From Lama guanicoe (lineage: Eukaryota): a DNA stretch of 64,000 bases. Below are positions 51,700-64,000 of this stretch, in pieces. The stretch is from assembly GCA_013239625.1 (NCBI GenBank), contig MU054323.1, forward strand, positions 10,757,186-10,821,185, written 5' to 3'. The position numbers were made by a program, and so were the translations under genes. The number at the start of each line of letters is the position of its first letter. Positions within the stretch are counted from its first letter, which is position 1. Under the pieces are notes generated by a model. It was not told the DNA's origin, searched no databases, and saw only the letters and a list, made by a program, of their open reading frames with translations.

Positions 51700-52900
51700 T
51701 AATCAATAGAAGATTTCAAATAAATGGAGGAATCGGGGGTAGGCAGCAAAAAGACCAGGGAGGAGGTCATGGCAGGAAGGAGAGAACCTGAATTAAGACA
51801 ATGGCAGAGAAGCTGAAGAGAAGAAAATGATCACTTGTGAAAAAAAATAAATAGATGACTCAGAGGTGCGTGGAAGAGGAGGAGAAGGAGACAGAAAAGT
51901 CACACATGTACCCCAAATTTCAAGCCTGAGTACCAAGAAGATGGAAATGACCTGATTTTCAGACTGAGTAAACAGGAAATCTGAGTAAACAGATTTCCAG
52001 AGGTGGGAAAAGGTTGGGGTAGGAGAAGATGGTTTGGTTATGCTGAGATTAAGTTAACAGGAGGACTTTCAGGAGAAAAGACCATAGGAAAGTTGAAACA
52101 CGTGGTATGAAGCTTGGAAGAGATAAAAATTAGGCATATTGACTTTGACATTCATATTCCTAGCTCAGACACCATTAAAAATCAAAGAGGATTTTATTCC
52201 AGGGATGGAAGATAGTTTAACATTCCCAAATCAATCAGTAAGATATACCACATTAACAAAATGAAGGATAAAAATCATACGATCATCTCAATAGATGCAT
52301 AAAAAGCATTTGACAAAATTCAACATCTATTTATGATAAAAGCTCTCAACATACTGGGTACAGAGAGACGGTACCACAATATAATAAAGCCATATATGAC
52401 AAGCCCACAGCTAGTATCATACTCAACAGCGAAAAGTTAAAAGCTTTTCTTCTGAACAAGAACAAGACAAGGATGCCCACCCTCACCACTCTTATTCAAC
52501 ATAGTATTGGAAGTCCTAACCAGAGAAATTAGCTAAGAAAAAGAAACAAAAGGCATCCAAATCAGAAAGGAAGACATAAAACTGTCACTAGTTGAAGTCA
52601 TGGGAGATTTCTGAGGGAAAAGGTGTTAAGAGAGCCTTAGCGTTCCCAGAAAATGGGAGGAAGAAGAGAAGTCAGCAGAAAATACAAATATGGACTAAAA
52701 GAAGGGGAAATGGGTTAGCACAAGACTCTGAACAATATGGATCCATGAAAAAGAAGGGGAGAACTTCAAGGAGCAGTTAAACAATATTGAGTGCTTCCAA
52801 ATGGTTGAAAAGAACCAAGAGAAAGAACTATAAGGATAAGCCTTTGAAATCTTCCCCTTGGAAGTTGTCATCTGAGGCTTATCCAAAGGCCAGTGTAACT
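51700..52900 (-). mobile_element. L2 LINE relic split by an L1 ORF2 fragment
   Basis: Degenerate purine-rich L2 reverse body; TAGTTGAAGTCATGGGAG resumes at 52589. Confidence 0.6.
52165..52590 (+). mobile_element. Isolated L1 ORF2 RT-domain fragment with no 3'UTR or poly(A)
   Basis: Homologous to 10932-11316 ([32 protein letters not shown]); contains a stop codon. Confidence 0.9.
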
Positions 52901-53221
52901 GCAGTGGTAATGTGATAGGTTTTTTTTTTAAGAAAAAGTAATTTTATGGGTATCTCTCAAACCCCACCATACAGCAACTGACTGCTGTCTCGAGTTAGGA
53001 ACTCCCTCCTTGACCATGAGTGTGAGTAATATCCAGAGGTTCTACCAGCTAGCTAAGGAACAGGCAAGGCAGAGGAGAAAAAGAAAATAAAAGGAATCAA
53101 GAAAACAAGGATAAGATAACAGCAGTAATTGTTAAAATTTCTTGGTAATAATAATTTTTTAACAAAATCTACACTTAATTTTAACAACTTTCATGTAACA
53201 GAGGGTCTACTAAGAATACCC

Positions 53222-53622
53222 TGTTAGCAGCCATGAAAATGGACTGCTCTTATATCCTGCTGCAGGAGCACAGTCGACCAACACCCCTGGCAGCCATCCC
53301 TCTGGCTCCAAGGAGTCCACAGCAAAACCATGCTTCTGCCTCGCTAGTTCCCAGCCAATGAATGGGCAAAGCAGTGATACCACTCTTCAGCCAATCCTGT
53401 GAGTTGTGAGATTCTTCCAATAAACATAATTAGCTCAAGGGCTCCCTTACAGCCTGGCCAAATCTTTCTTGAAATACCTTCCTTCTGCTCTTCTCTGAAG
53501 GTGTCAGACCTGCCTGGAGATCTGAAGACCCTCCCTCACATTTTTTCCTTCAAGACCTTTCTCCCAATTAATCTGCTGCACACCTAATTTTGCCTTGGCA
53601 TCTGCTTCTTAGAAGACTTGGA
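53222..53622 (+). mobile_element. ERVL solo LTR (LTR16A-like)
   Basis: Starts TGTTAGCAGCCAT; ends CTAATTTTGCCTTGGCATCTGCTTCTTAGAAGAC. Confidence 0.75.
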
Positions 53623-53629
53623 CAAAATC

Positions 53630-53810
53630 AATGCTTTATCCCATTTCATCATTATGATAACCCAAGATATAAATACTATTGTCCCCATTTTCCAGATAAG
53701 AAAACTGAGGTACAGAGTGGTTAAGTGCCTGCCCAAGATCATTCAGTTAGTTCATGGACAGAGCTGGGATTCAAACCCATTGTATCTGACTCCAGAGTCT
53801 GTGTTCTCCC
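53630..53810 (-). mobile_element. MIR SINE
   Basis: CCCCATTTTCCAGATAAGAAAACTGAGG..GAGCTGGGATTCAAACCCA..TCTGACTCCAGAG. Confidence 0.9.
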
Positions 53811-53829
53811 TGCTGGCTACCCATACATG

Positions 53830-54250
53830 CCAGCCCTCCCTTCATTTGCCACGCTGCAGTTACACTGGCCATATTCCACATCTTGAACACATCTGGTTCT
53901 TCTGCATTGGCCTTTGCCCACACTGTCTCTTCTATCTAAAATGCTCCTCTCTAGTAGTGCAGGTTCCTTCTTTTCTTTTGGTTCCTGGCAAAGGAGTCCT
54001 CCTTTGCCTCCCTAACTAAGTAGATCCTTTCTATCTTTCTCTACCTCTGCCCTGGTTTATTTCCTCCCAAATACTCACTTCAGTACAAGATTATTTCCAT
54101 TGCTCTTCTGTGTAGGTTTTTGTCTGTTTCTGCTCCTAGAATGCAAGTCCCATGATACCGAATATCTGTTTCCATTGCATTGGTAAGTCCTAATACAGTG
54201 CCTGGCACATAGTCAATACGTATGTGTTGAATAAATGAGTGAATGGGTGA
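53830..54250 (+). mobile_element. L2 LINE 3' part
   Basis: Ends ACAGTGCCTGGCACATAGT..TGTTGAATAAATGAGTGAATG. Confidence 0.8.
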
Positions 54251-57200
54251 TAAAATGAATGCATTTGCATGGTATTTTCCCACATATTTTCTCTCATTTA
54301 ATGCCATGGGGATAAGGGGAAGAGAACACAAGGAAAATAAAAGAGATTAAATGCATTGTATGGAAGGAAAAGATCATGCTTCACAATTCTCTATATTGGT
54401 CTCAGGTGCCAGGGTGTCTCTAATGATGGGACAGTTTGTAGTTCCAGAGGACATGTCCCATTCTTTGGAGAAATGACAGTGTTTTTTTCTAGAATAGATG
54501 TATATAGAACCAGCAGTTCATGTGAGTCACATCTTCATGACAAACACCTCCTGTCCTCAACACTGAAGGACACTAGAGATCAAGCAGGACTGATATCCAT
54601 CAAAGGTGTCAGAGTGTCAGCCAGGTCCTCCCAGCCATACTCTGGCCTGATGCTACTGAGTTCAATGGATTTGTCTCTGTCAGTCCAAGAACTCTGCTGC
54701 TGACAATTAAATTAATAGCTGATGTCTGACTCAATGACACCAACATGGCCGTGACCTATTTGCCACCCTAAACTGATATGCTCAGGGAACATGCACTCAG
54801 TGAGATTGCTATCTAGCCCCCTACTCTTACCAAGCAGCTGGCCAGAGCTATTTCAAAATAGTGAAGTTCGAGTTAGAGTTGCCAGGGGTGGAATGAGGAA
54901 ACAGACCCTCCCTTTCTTGGGCGAAAGGGAGACCCTTTCTGGCAGATCTAAGGAAATATTTCCTGGGACTCTTTCAAGAAGGAACACAGCTGCTACCCTG
55001 GCTTAAGCTTCATCCTCACCAAACTCAAACTTCTAGATCAGCTAAGTCATCCTGGAAGCCAGTGGGTCCAGTACCAAATCCAGGTCTACTCCACCCAACA
55101 ACAGGTGATACCAGCATCATTTGATCTCTACTGGAAAATTCTCCTCATCTCACATCCTATAGAGAACTGAACTTGTCCTTCATTATATGACAGTAATCAT
55201 CATCATCATCACTATCATCACAGTCATCCTCATCGTCCAAAAGTCCCAGGCACTTTAAATAAATCCTTATAGTTTTTAAAGCATCTTCAGACACATGGTT
55301 TCATTTAATTTTGACAACAATTCCCCTTTGCATAAAACAAATGTGTTACAATGGCTAAGGAGCCAGTTCATACTCACTCCAGCCAAGAAGGGAAGATTTT
55401 GCCAGGACTCAAGCTATTTCAGAGGGCCCAAGAACAGGCAAATAGCTGGGTATCCAGAGCACACTGCACTTGGGCCTGGGGAGCCCCCACAACCCCTCTC
55501 ATCTTCTTTAGTCTTTACCTTTCTGCCAGTCTGCTTTGTTTCTCATGTGTGAACTGACTTCCTCTGCTTCTTAGCTGCTCCTCAGTTTGATGTGTAACAA
55601 TCCACACACCTAGAGACTCAGAGATTCACATTCTTCCTCTCTCTCTTCTGACACAATTCACTCCTGTCCCCAGATTCCAAGATAAGAAACTGTAAGCCCG
55701 TATTTGCTCACACAACCATCTCTAGATCACATGACCATGGCTATGGTGGAGGTAAGGGTGGTGGTAATGGTGGAGGAGGAGCTGGGCTGACAAAAAGTCT
55801 GTCTAGTACATAGAAACTGAAAGTTGAAAAGGCAATTTGACTTATACAGGTAATGTGTGTGAAATCACTTAACATTCTGCCTGGCACATAGTGCTCCAAA
55901 ATAAAAGTTATTACTGTCACTGATATCATTACTATTGCCCAGAGTCGTATTGCCAGTAAGAGAGGACTCAGAACTTGAAACCAGGTCTCTGGATGCCCAA
56001 GGTCTCTCTCCCCAGTGCCTATAGGTCACTGAGGGCAGGGACCAGTCTGTTCAGCATTGTATCCTTGGCAACTAGCCTGATGCTTGGCAGGGAATTAGTT
56101 CCTTACTTTTTAAAACTAAGCAGTTGCTTCCACTTCTATTAGAGCCACAGCAACATCAATGTCTTTCTCAGGGCAGAGAAAGACAAAGGTGTAGGAGAAA
56201 GCAAGGGAGAAATGCAGGCTGACTCTGACCAGCTAAATGCTGCAGAGGGGTCTCCTCTCGCTCCTCAAGAAGTGGAATGAGGCCACCCTGATCCTGAGGA
56301 GATGGGGTCTTCCTCCTCCACATCATCTCTCATCTCCACCCCAGCTCTAGGAACTGAACTCACTGCCCCTGACTCTCTGGTAACTGCAGTGAAAGGAAGG
56401 GCAGTGAAATCCATCCATGTCTACAGAGCAGCATTTGACAACGTGATGCAGAATACATTGGGGGCCTTGAGCAGGGGAGCTGGCAGCATCTGCCACCTTT
56501 CACAGAGGGGCTCAGTGTAAGGCATGCACAAGGCTTTCACAGTCCGCTAGGAGTTGGCAAGTTTAGTGGACATTGTCTAAGGACCAAACCTACGTGGAAG
56601 TGGAATAATTTTTAATTTCTATGGTAATAAGGAGCTTAAACTCCAGTTCTATTTACAGGCTAAACTTATGAGCTACATCCCTATGCCCCAGGCTGATCAC
56701 TATGATGTGCAGATTTACCAGGGACTAGCTATGACTAAAGAGAACCTACATGAGGAGGAATCAGAGTTGGCAGATGAAAAGAACTCCGTGATTAAAGGGG
56801 TTGAGGGAAACTGAAACACAGAAGGGACTGAAGGAAAAAGTCCTCAAAGGCCTATTGAAAATATGCCACATAGAGTACAAGTCACCTGTTTGAAAATCTG
56901 AAAGTCTTACAACAGCCATGTGGGCAAGACCAGTGCACCAGGCACCCCAGTGAGGCTCTCTGGGGTTCTCTGTGCCTGCTCTCTTTGATCTACAGTTCAC
57001 TGACGGCTGTGTACACCAGACGCCCAGGGCACCTGTCAAAACTGCATTCCTAGGCATTCTTGCCACTTACCAACAAGTCAGTTTCCATCTTTTGGCTAAA
57101 ATACATACACTGGCTCAAGATTTAAAGGGCGAAATTCATTATCTGGCTGGCACTGGAAGACAGTTTCCAAGGTGGTAGAAAGATTAATATAGTTGTATAA

Positions 57201-58359
57201 AGAAAGCCTGCAGCCTGCTCCCCATTCTGCAGAATACCCCACTACACAACAGCAGAATGACAGGTTGAAGGAGAACCTTCTAGAAAACAGTCCCCATTTT
57301 AGCGAGGCCCAGAGCTCAAATAAGCATGTCAAAAAAGGCAGAATAGTTATTTTCTTGCATCCTCACATTCCTTCAAGGAAGTTTAGTCCTTAAAAAATAT
57401 ATTAGTAGACTGTCAAAATGTTCTCCAGAGTGAAGGTAGCTAGAGTAGAAATACCATAACCAAAACTGTCATTTGCTCAGTATGTAACTTCTTAATAGTA
57501 TTTCTGGAAGGTAATTTGATCAAATTACAAGGTTCACTTGTCCTAAAGAGGTATTCAGCCATTTTGTTGCGATGTTCATGATACTCAACTGATTCATGAA
57601 TTGTAACAATGCTGTTTTGTCCCTGACCACCTGAGGGCTTACAATTGCTTTACAACTTAGGATGTTTTGTAATTCCCTTTTGGGAAAACTGAAACACAGA
57701 CTGAGAAGTGGCCCAGAATCACAAAGAGTCACCACGTTAAAAGGAAACTGAGGCCTGTAAGTGGAGATGCATAGACTCCAAGCCAAGGCGTCTTAGCTCT
57801 AGCTACTATTCTCTGTAATCTCGGCAAGCTCGTTTACTACACTGGCTCTTCAATTTCCTCATCTGCAAATGGGGGCTTCCATACTTGGCCTTCCTGCCTC
57901 CCAGGGTTGTCCTGAGGACAACGTGTCCTTGCACTGCTTGAGTGAACAGTGTGGTGGAAGATGACACAGCCACAGTTGGTGAGGATGGAGGAATGGGCAG
58001 CTGCCCAGATAGCAGTGCCTTCACTTCCCACTGTGGGGTGAGGACAGAGAAGACAAAGGCCATGCAGAATCAGATGGAGAACAAGGGTGGCAGGAGCAGG
58101 TATACAGACCTAGGAGGCTCAGAGCCTGAAGAGTACTCCTCACACTTCAGCAGGAACAGACTGAGGATCAGCCATTAAGGAGGGAGTGGTGAGCAGAAAG
58201 GCTACAGAGTTAGAGCAGGAAGGTGGGAGAAAGTATTCCAGAAACCAGGAAAAGGAAAAGGAAGGAAAGCAGATGGGCTGATTGTCTCTTCTGGCTTCAG
58301 AAGGAGCCCCAAGAAGGAAGGTGGCCACGAGAAAGAAGAGGACAGGGGTCCCTGCCCTT

Positions 58360-58760
58360 CATTCATCTATTTATTCATTCAATAATTCTGAGCACTACTA
58401 GATACCAGTCACTGTGCTGGGCACTTACAAGACAGACATCCATGAACACTAACAGACAAAGATTCTGCCTTTGTGAAGTCTATATTCTACAGAAAAGAAA
58501 CAGACAACAAATAAAAACATAACAAACTAATCAGCTAGACTGCATGTTAAATAATAAGTGTTAGTGAAGGAAAAATAAAGCAAGGAAGGGCAATAAGAGA
58601 GTTCCAGGTTGTGGGCAAGGTCAAGTTTAAAAAGGGTGGTAAGGAGAGGCCTCACTAAGAAAGTGGCTTTGAGCAAATATTTGAAGTCAATAGGAGGCAG
58701 AGAACCATGTGGATATCTGAAGGAAGAGACTATCAAGAAGGGGAAGTATTCTAAGGTTCC
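58360..58760 (-). mobile_element. L2 LINE 3' part
   Basis: ATTCATCTATTTATTCATTCAA..GGCCTCACTAAGAAAGTGGCTTTGAGCAAA..CCATGTGGATATCTG. Confidence 0.85.
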
Positions 58761-59315
58761 TGCTCTGACAATTTACTTCATCCAAAGATGGCCACAATAG
58801 TATCTCCCATTCCACCTGCTTTCCTTATAATGCGACTTTGACACCTCTTCCATCACCTTGAATCTGGACAGGTTTGAGACTATGGCAGAAATGATCCTAT
58901 ATAACTTCTGATGCTGAGCCATAAAAGGTAGTAAACCATCTGCCTGGCTCTCCTGGGGACACTCACTCTTGGAACCCAGCCACCACATTGTGAGGAAGCC
59001 CAAATAGCCACATGGAGGGACTACAAGTAGGTATGCTTGTTGGCAGCCCCAGCTGAGGTCCCAGCTGACAGCCATCACCAATCACTAGTCAGGTGAGTAA
59101 ACAAATTTTCAGATGATCCCAGCCCCCGGCCATCAAGTCTCTCCCAGTCTTTGAGTCTTCCCAACTGAGGCCTCAGATATTGTGGAGCAGAAATAAGACA
59201 TCCTTGCAGTGCCCCTTCCAATTTTTGACTCGTAAAACCCATGGGCATAATAAAGTGGCTGTTTTATGCCTCAAAGTTTGAGTAGTTTGTTATGCAGCAA
59301 GAGATAACTGAAGCA
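58761..59315 (+). mobile_element. MaLR solo LTR (MLT1G/H-like)
   Basis: CCAAAGATGGCCACAA start region; GGAACCCAGCCACCA; ends TTTGTTATGCAGCAAGAGATAACTGAAGCA. Confidence 0.88.
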
Positions 59316-59479
59316 TCCATATTAGAGTGTTGAGTAACAAAAGAGTATATTAATCTGCTTGTTCCCTGTGTATATACATGCCTTCTTTAGGCACCTCACA
59401 GGGAGGAGAGGTGGTTAGGCTAAGGTAAGATTAATTTGTTTCTCTGTCTCTTGACCCAGTAGTTGCCTAATATTCCCAA

Positions 59480-60735
59480 CAGTACTCCTAACAAGAGATC
59501 AACAAAAAAGAACAAATAGCCCAGAAACAAACTTTATTAAAAGTTAAAAGAAGAATTAAAAGTAAAGAAGAGAAGATTATTTTTAAAAATTGATACTGGA
59601 GTAACTGGTTCCAGTGGAAAATCAATTAAGATCCTACATCTAAATAACTTCAGTATGATCAAACAGCTTACTGTAAAAAAAACAAATAAGGAAAAAGAAG
59701 AAAATATGGATATAGGTATATTTTACTTCTTGGGAGGAAAGACTTTCTAAATTTAAAAGCAAAGGAATTACAAAGGAAAATACTGATAGACTGAATTGCA
59801 TACCAAAAAATTATAAGCAATATTAGAAGACAATGAACACTATCTGCAATAAAGATTATAAGCAAAAAAACAAATACCAAAATACAAACAAATGAAACAA
59901 AACCCTAAGATCCCAATTGATTAATGGGCAAAGAATGCAAACAGAAAAACACTAAATGAGAAAATTCAAATGGTAAATACCCAACCTGATGGGTTATCAG
60001 AGAATCTCAAATAAAATAATAATGAGGTAGTAATGATCTTCATCTATAATAATAGCAAAATGATACTAACGATGTATTGTGAGCTGAGTATTCTCAAACA
60101 TTTCTGGTGGAAGTATACATTTAAATAACCTTTAGTTAAGTAATTTGGCAGTATGCATAATAGCAAGTAATATAAAAGAAAAAACAATTTGAAAATAATT
60201 TAGGGATTTATAGATACTAACTATTATATATAAAACAGATGAACAACAGGTTTATACTGTATAGCACAGGGAACTATATTCAATATCTTGTAGTAACTTA
60301 TGGTTAAAAAATATGAAAACTAATATATGTATGTTCCTATATGACTGAAGTAGTGTGCTATACACAAGAAATTTACACATTGTAAACCGACTATACTTCA
60401 ATAAAAATATATTAAATAAATAAATAAAATATAATCATAAAATCCAGTTTAGGGTAAATTTCTACCATTAAGGAAATAGTTAAGCAAATTATGATATATC
60501 TATTTCAGAAAATATTATGCATTTATTAAAATCATGTTTACAAAGATGTTCTAAAGATGTGGAAAATGTAATCAAATGTAAAATAAATTAAAAAATGCAA
60601 ATACATGTATGTTTCTACAAAGAAAAAAATCTGAGGAGATGTACCTCAAACTAATACTGCTGGTTATCTCTAAGGATTACTGGTGAATTTCCTTATCTGC
60701 TTTACACATTCCTGTTTTGGTAAAATTTTTTAGGA
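59480..60735 (+). mobile_element. Ancient L1ME-like ORF2 end and 3'UTR relic, interrupted by a short younger L1
   Basis: A-rich with AATAGCCCAGAAAC, AATGGGCAAAGAA, TAATTTGGCAGTAT motifs. Confidence 0.7.
60190..60428 (+). mobile_element. Short L1 3'UTR fragment
   Basis: CTGTATAGCACAGGGAACTATATTCAATATCTT and GACTATACTTCAATAAAA match 28976-29125; (TAAA)n tail. Confidence 0.88.
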
Positions 60736-62223
60736 AAGAAAAAAGAAATCAGGGCAAAACTGATTAAGATTTACTTCCCAATTTCCCTGTAAGAGGATTT
60801 AAGTGCTGTAGGTCTATGATGAAGAGCTATATCCTCATCGCCTATAGGAATGGCCATGCCAAATCATAGGGCAGTTCAAATAACCATCATTGGAAGAAAG
60901 GGGACCAGATGTGATAACTCCAGGATTATTTTGCCCCTCAGCTCTCAGTTTGTGGATAGGTATATTTCATATTCCTTTTTCAGTCCATTGTGGGAACAGA
61001 GAGGTGTGGCTGGTCAACACACATAATGCTTGACATAGACCTCACTGGCTTCAGGAAAGCTGGTAGAAGCCAAGTATTGAGGAATACGATGCCTGACTGC
61101 AGAAGAGAGATCCCAGAGAAACCAAGCCTACAGCCAACCACCACTGTAGGCATCCTCTGGTCTAGTAGAAGCTTGTGTCTAGACTAATCCCCTAGGTTAT
61201 TTTCAATTAGAATGAAGGCCATAATATATCTATGCAACTCTCTTGCACTGTCCCCTTAAATCCTACTGGATGGAATTTCCTGGACAAGCTTCATGGGATC
61301 ACCCACTACATTCTCTTATGTGGGTCTTCCCACCCTTGCCCAGTTAGCCCCCAACAGATAGGAGTCCAAGGCTGGTCTTTGGCTGAGCATGTTGCAGTGA
61401 GAAGCTCAGGTCCATTAGACACAAGCAATGTGAAGAGGGAAAAATCAAATCAGAGCAGGCCCAGCATCTAAGAGCAATAAAACCCTTGATTCTGAAATCA
61501 ACTCTCAACCAATGGTTCCAATTATATTCCTGACCATAAGAAGCCTGTGAGACATGTAAAAATTAAAGATATGTTTAAAAAGAGGCTTGGGATTACTCTA
61601 CAGTAAATGCTATTGATAGCCCATGGGTCATGGAATCATGGACTCCTAGAAGTCAGATATTAGCAATTCCCTTTGTTTTACAGAGGAGAAAAACTGAATA
61701 CCAGAGAGAGGAAAAGTGGCTTTCCAGAAGTCATATAGCTGATTCACAGCATATGCTAGACCAACTCTTACAGAAACCTGGCATTAGCCTTAAAGAAACA
61801 ATCACAAATTGAGAAACGATAGCACCTGCCTCACTGGGTCAGAGAGAAACCATCCATATCTGGTAGGGTGGCCTGCCTTCTAACCTCTCCTCCTTGCCAA
61901 AGAAACCATGCAATCTGTTACCCTACAAGCCCCAGATTGGGTATTATTAAGTAGGGCTGATAATGAACTCACGGGCCTGCTGGATACACTGACCTTCAAA
62001 CACAAGCTTCACGAAACCTCACAATCTCTACCTACCTCTCTTTTTTATTAAGTTCTAGATGCTTTCAAAGAAAAGACCCCAGAATAGTTAAATAATTGCA
62101 GGAATTAACTGAACTGGTCTCCAGAACATTCTTAATTCAGAAGAACTAAAGGCCTTGTAAGTGCAAAGGATTTAAGAACAGAGCCAATCAGAGGATGAGC
62201 TGACTGGTGAAAAGCTGTATGAT

Positions 62224-62394
62224 AGAGGGTGGGAAGGGATAGACTGGGATTTCAAAATTGTAGAATAGATAAACAAGATTACACTGTATAGCACAGGGAA
62301 ATATACACAAAATGATATGATAAATCACAGAGAAAAAAATGTGACAATGAGTGTGTATATGTCCATGAATGACTGAAAAAAAAAAAAGAAAAAA
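62224..62394 (+). mobile_element. 171-bp L1 3'UTR insertion, truncated at both ends, inside a MIR relic
   Basis: Matches 50185-50340; A tail at 62376-62394; perfect 15-bp TSD GAAAAGCTGTATGAT at 62209-62223 and 62395-62409. Confidence 0.93.
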
Positions 62395-64000
62395 GAAAAG
62401 CTGTATGATGTTAAGGATATCCTGTGATCCTTCCAAGCCTCAGTTTTCTCATCTGGTGAGGAGACAAAACATGTAGACAAACAGGTAATCAGTTAAGGTC
62501 TCTTATAACTATATATTTCTATAAATTTCTTCTTCCTCATCTCTGCTTTAGATTTGTTCAAAACCATCTCTCCTCACTTTCAAGTTGGCTGACACATTTA
62601 CTCAACAAAAACTAAGCAGTATAAGAGATGTACAGCATCTCTCCTTGGAAGAGCCCCAGGGGATTCCCAAAGGCTACTTTGGAATTTGCTTAGACTGTGT
62701 GGGCTTCTCAGTTCACTATGTCCCCATCCATAATCCCACCAGGAATCTGGAGCATTACTGGTATCCACCCCAGGCTGTGGCTCTGGCCACTGTCTGTAAT
62801 GTTTTATCAAGGCAACAACTAAGTGCTATGGGCTCCCATTTCAAACCAAGTATCATTTCTCATGTTAATGATAAAAAGTCAAGAATCCAATGGCTTACTT
62901 TCAGATACCTCTTCTCTGAACTACTCCCAAAGATCATATCCAGAGCTAGGATGCCATTTGTAGGGGGCAGAGGGAGCAGCTGGAGGAAAGGTGTGCACTG
63001 GGATTCAGAGAGCTCCTGAAGTCAGCCCAGCACATGCCAAGGAAGCAACAGAAGCTAAAGCAGGACCAGAACCCTGGCATTTGGCATGTACAGGCCCTTG
63101 GAAAGAAAAACCCCATGATAATGTTGGGAGACAGTAATAACAACTGTGTTCAAGGATTGGTTCCAGGTCAGACAGGAGTTACAGGGCCAATTAAAATCAG
63201 TGGCGCAAACCAAGATGCTAAAAATCTGCCCAGAGACAGAATCCAGAAGGTGCCCAGAGCCAAACTCTAGGGAGAGAATTCAGCATCAGGAGTCAAAGCA
63301 ATATCTTAATGGAAGCCCGACAGGAAGAAGCAGATGCCTCCCAGTGGCTGCATCTTGAGCAGAGCAGCAGCCAACAGAGCTGGAGTTACACTTCTTGGGC
63401 ATCTGTGATATGGAAATGCCACCAGAACAATCAGAACCCCATTGTTTCCTCACCACCCAGGTCACAGCTGCCTGAGAAGCACTTCCACTCTGCAATGGGC
63501 CTCAAAAATAGGACCCTTTAATGTCCTCAACAAGGTGATGGCCTATGGCTAATAAAGTAGCTATTTCCCCATGTGTCATGGGAACCTGGTTTGTTCTGGA
63601 AGCTCTCTCTTGCAGCATAGCCCATATTTGGCAGCAGAGAGACAGGGGTTCCAAAAAGGGGCATTCTTACAATGACCTCCCCAACTGTGAATAGAAACTG
63701 CTCTGCTCTCAAAGCATCCACTAACTACCGACCAAATCTACTGATGCAAACAGATGTATGTACAAATCCTCCTGTGCCACTGCCCCAGGATTTGTGCATC
63801 CCAAAATGCTTGTTGGTGTGATTGTCTTTGTGGCTTTAAAAATTGTAAACATTATACGATTTTTTTCTCATTTATGAATTCCTTCACTGGTCCCCACCTG
63901 ACCTTGACCACCCAGAACCAAGCAACACTTGACATCTCTCAACTGAAGCCCAGTACAAAAAATGCTCTGTTGGTGTGACAAAGGCTGACATACTTGAAAG

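Noticed and set aside
60788..61510. Possible ancient LTR (TG start, AATAAA near 61476)
   Set aside because: Could not match it to a family or find a TSD

Overview
Mammalian non-coding DNA (intronic or intergenic), AT-rich, CpG-depleted and dense in interspersed repeats. A tRNA-Ala-derived vic-1-type SINE at 40600 points to a camelid genome. I recognised no host protein-coding exon, RNA gene or CRISPR array. The only ORFs I could assign to a known protein family are LINE-1 ORF1/ORF2 remnants. The window holds several young lineage L1 copies with readable target-site duplications (TSDs), plus many ancient MIR, L2, L1M, MaLR/ERVL solo-LTR and hAT MITE relics, and a 357-N assembly gap. The most notable object is a 3.04-kb TSD-flanked L1 (47367-50407). 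It keeps its 5'UTR, a near-intact ORF1, the 3'UTR and poly(A), but has lost almost all of ORF2, giving a 'half-L1' (HAL1-like) architecture. Other atypical L1 events and a few unexplained hairpins and motif clusters are listed. Repeat subfamily names come from memory of consensus sequences, and ancient-repeat boundaries are approximate. I found no convincing evidence of a wholly new biological system.
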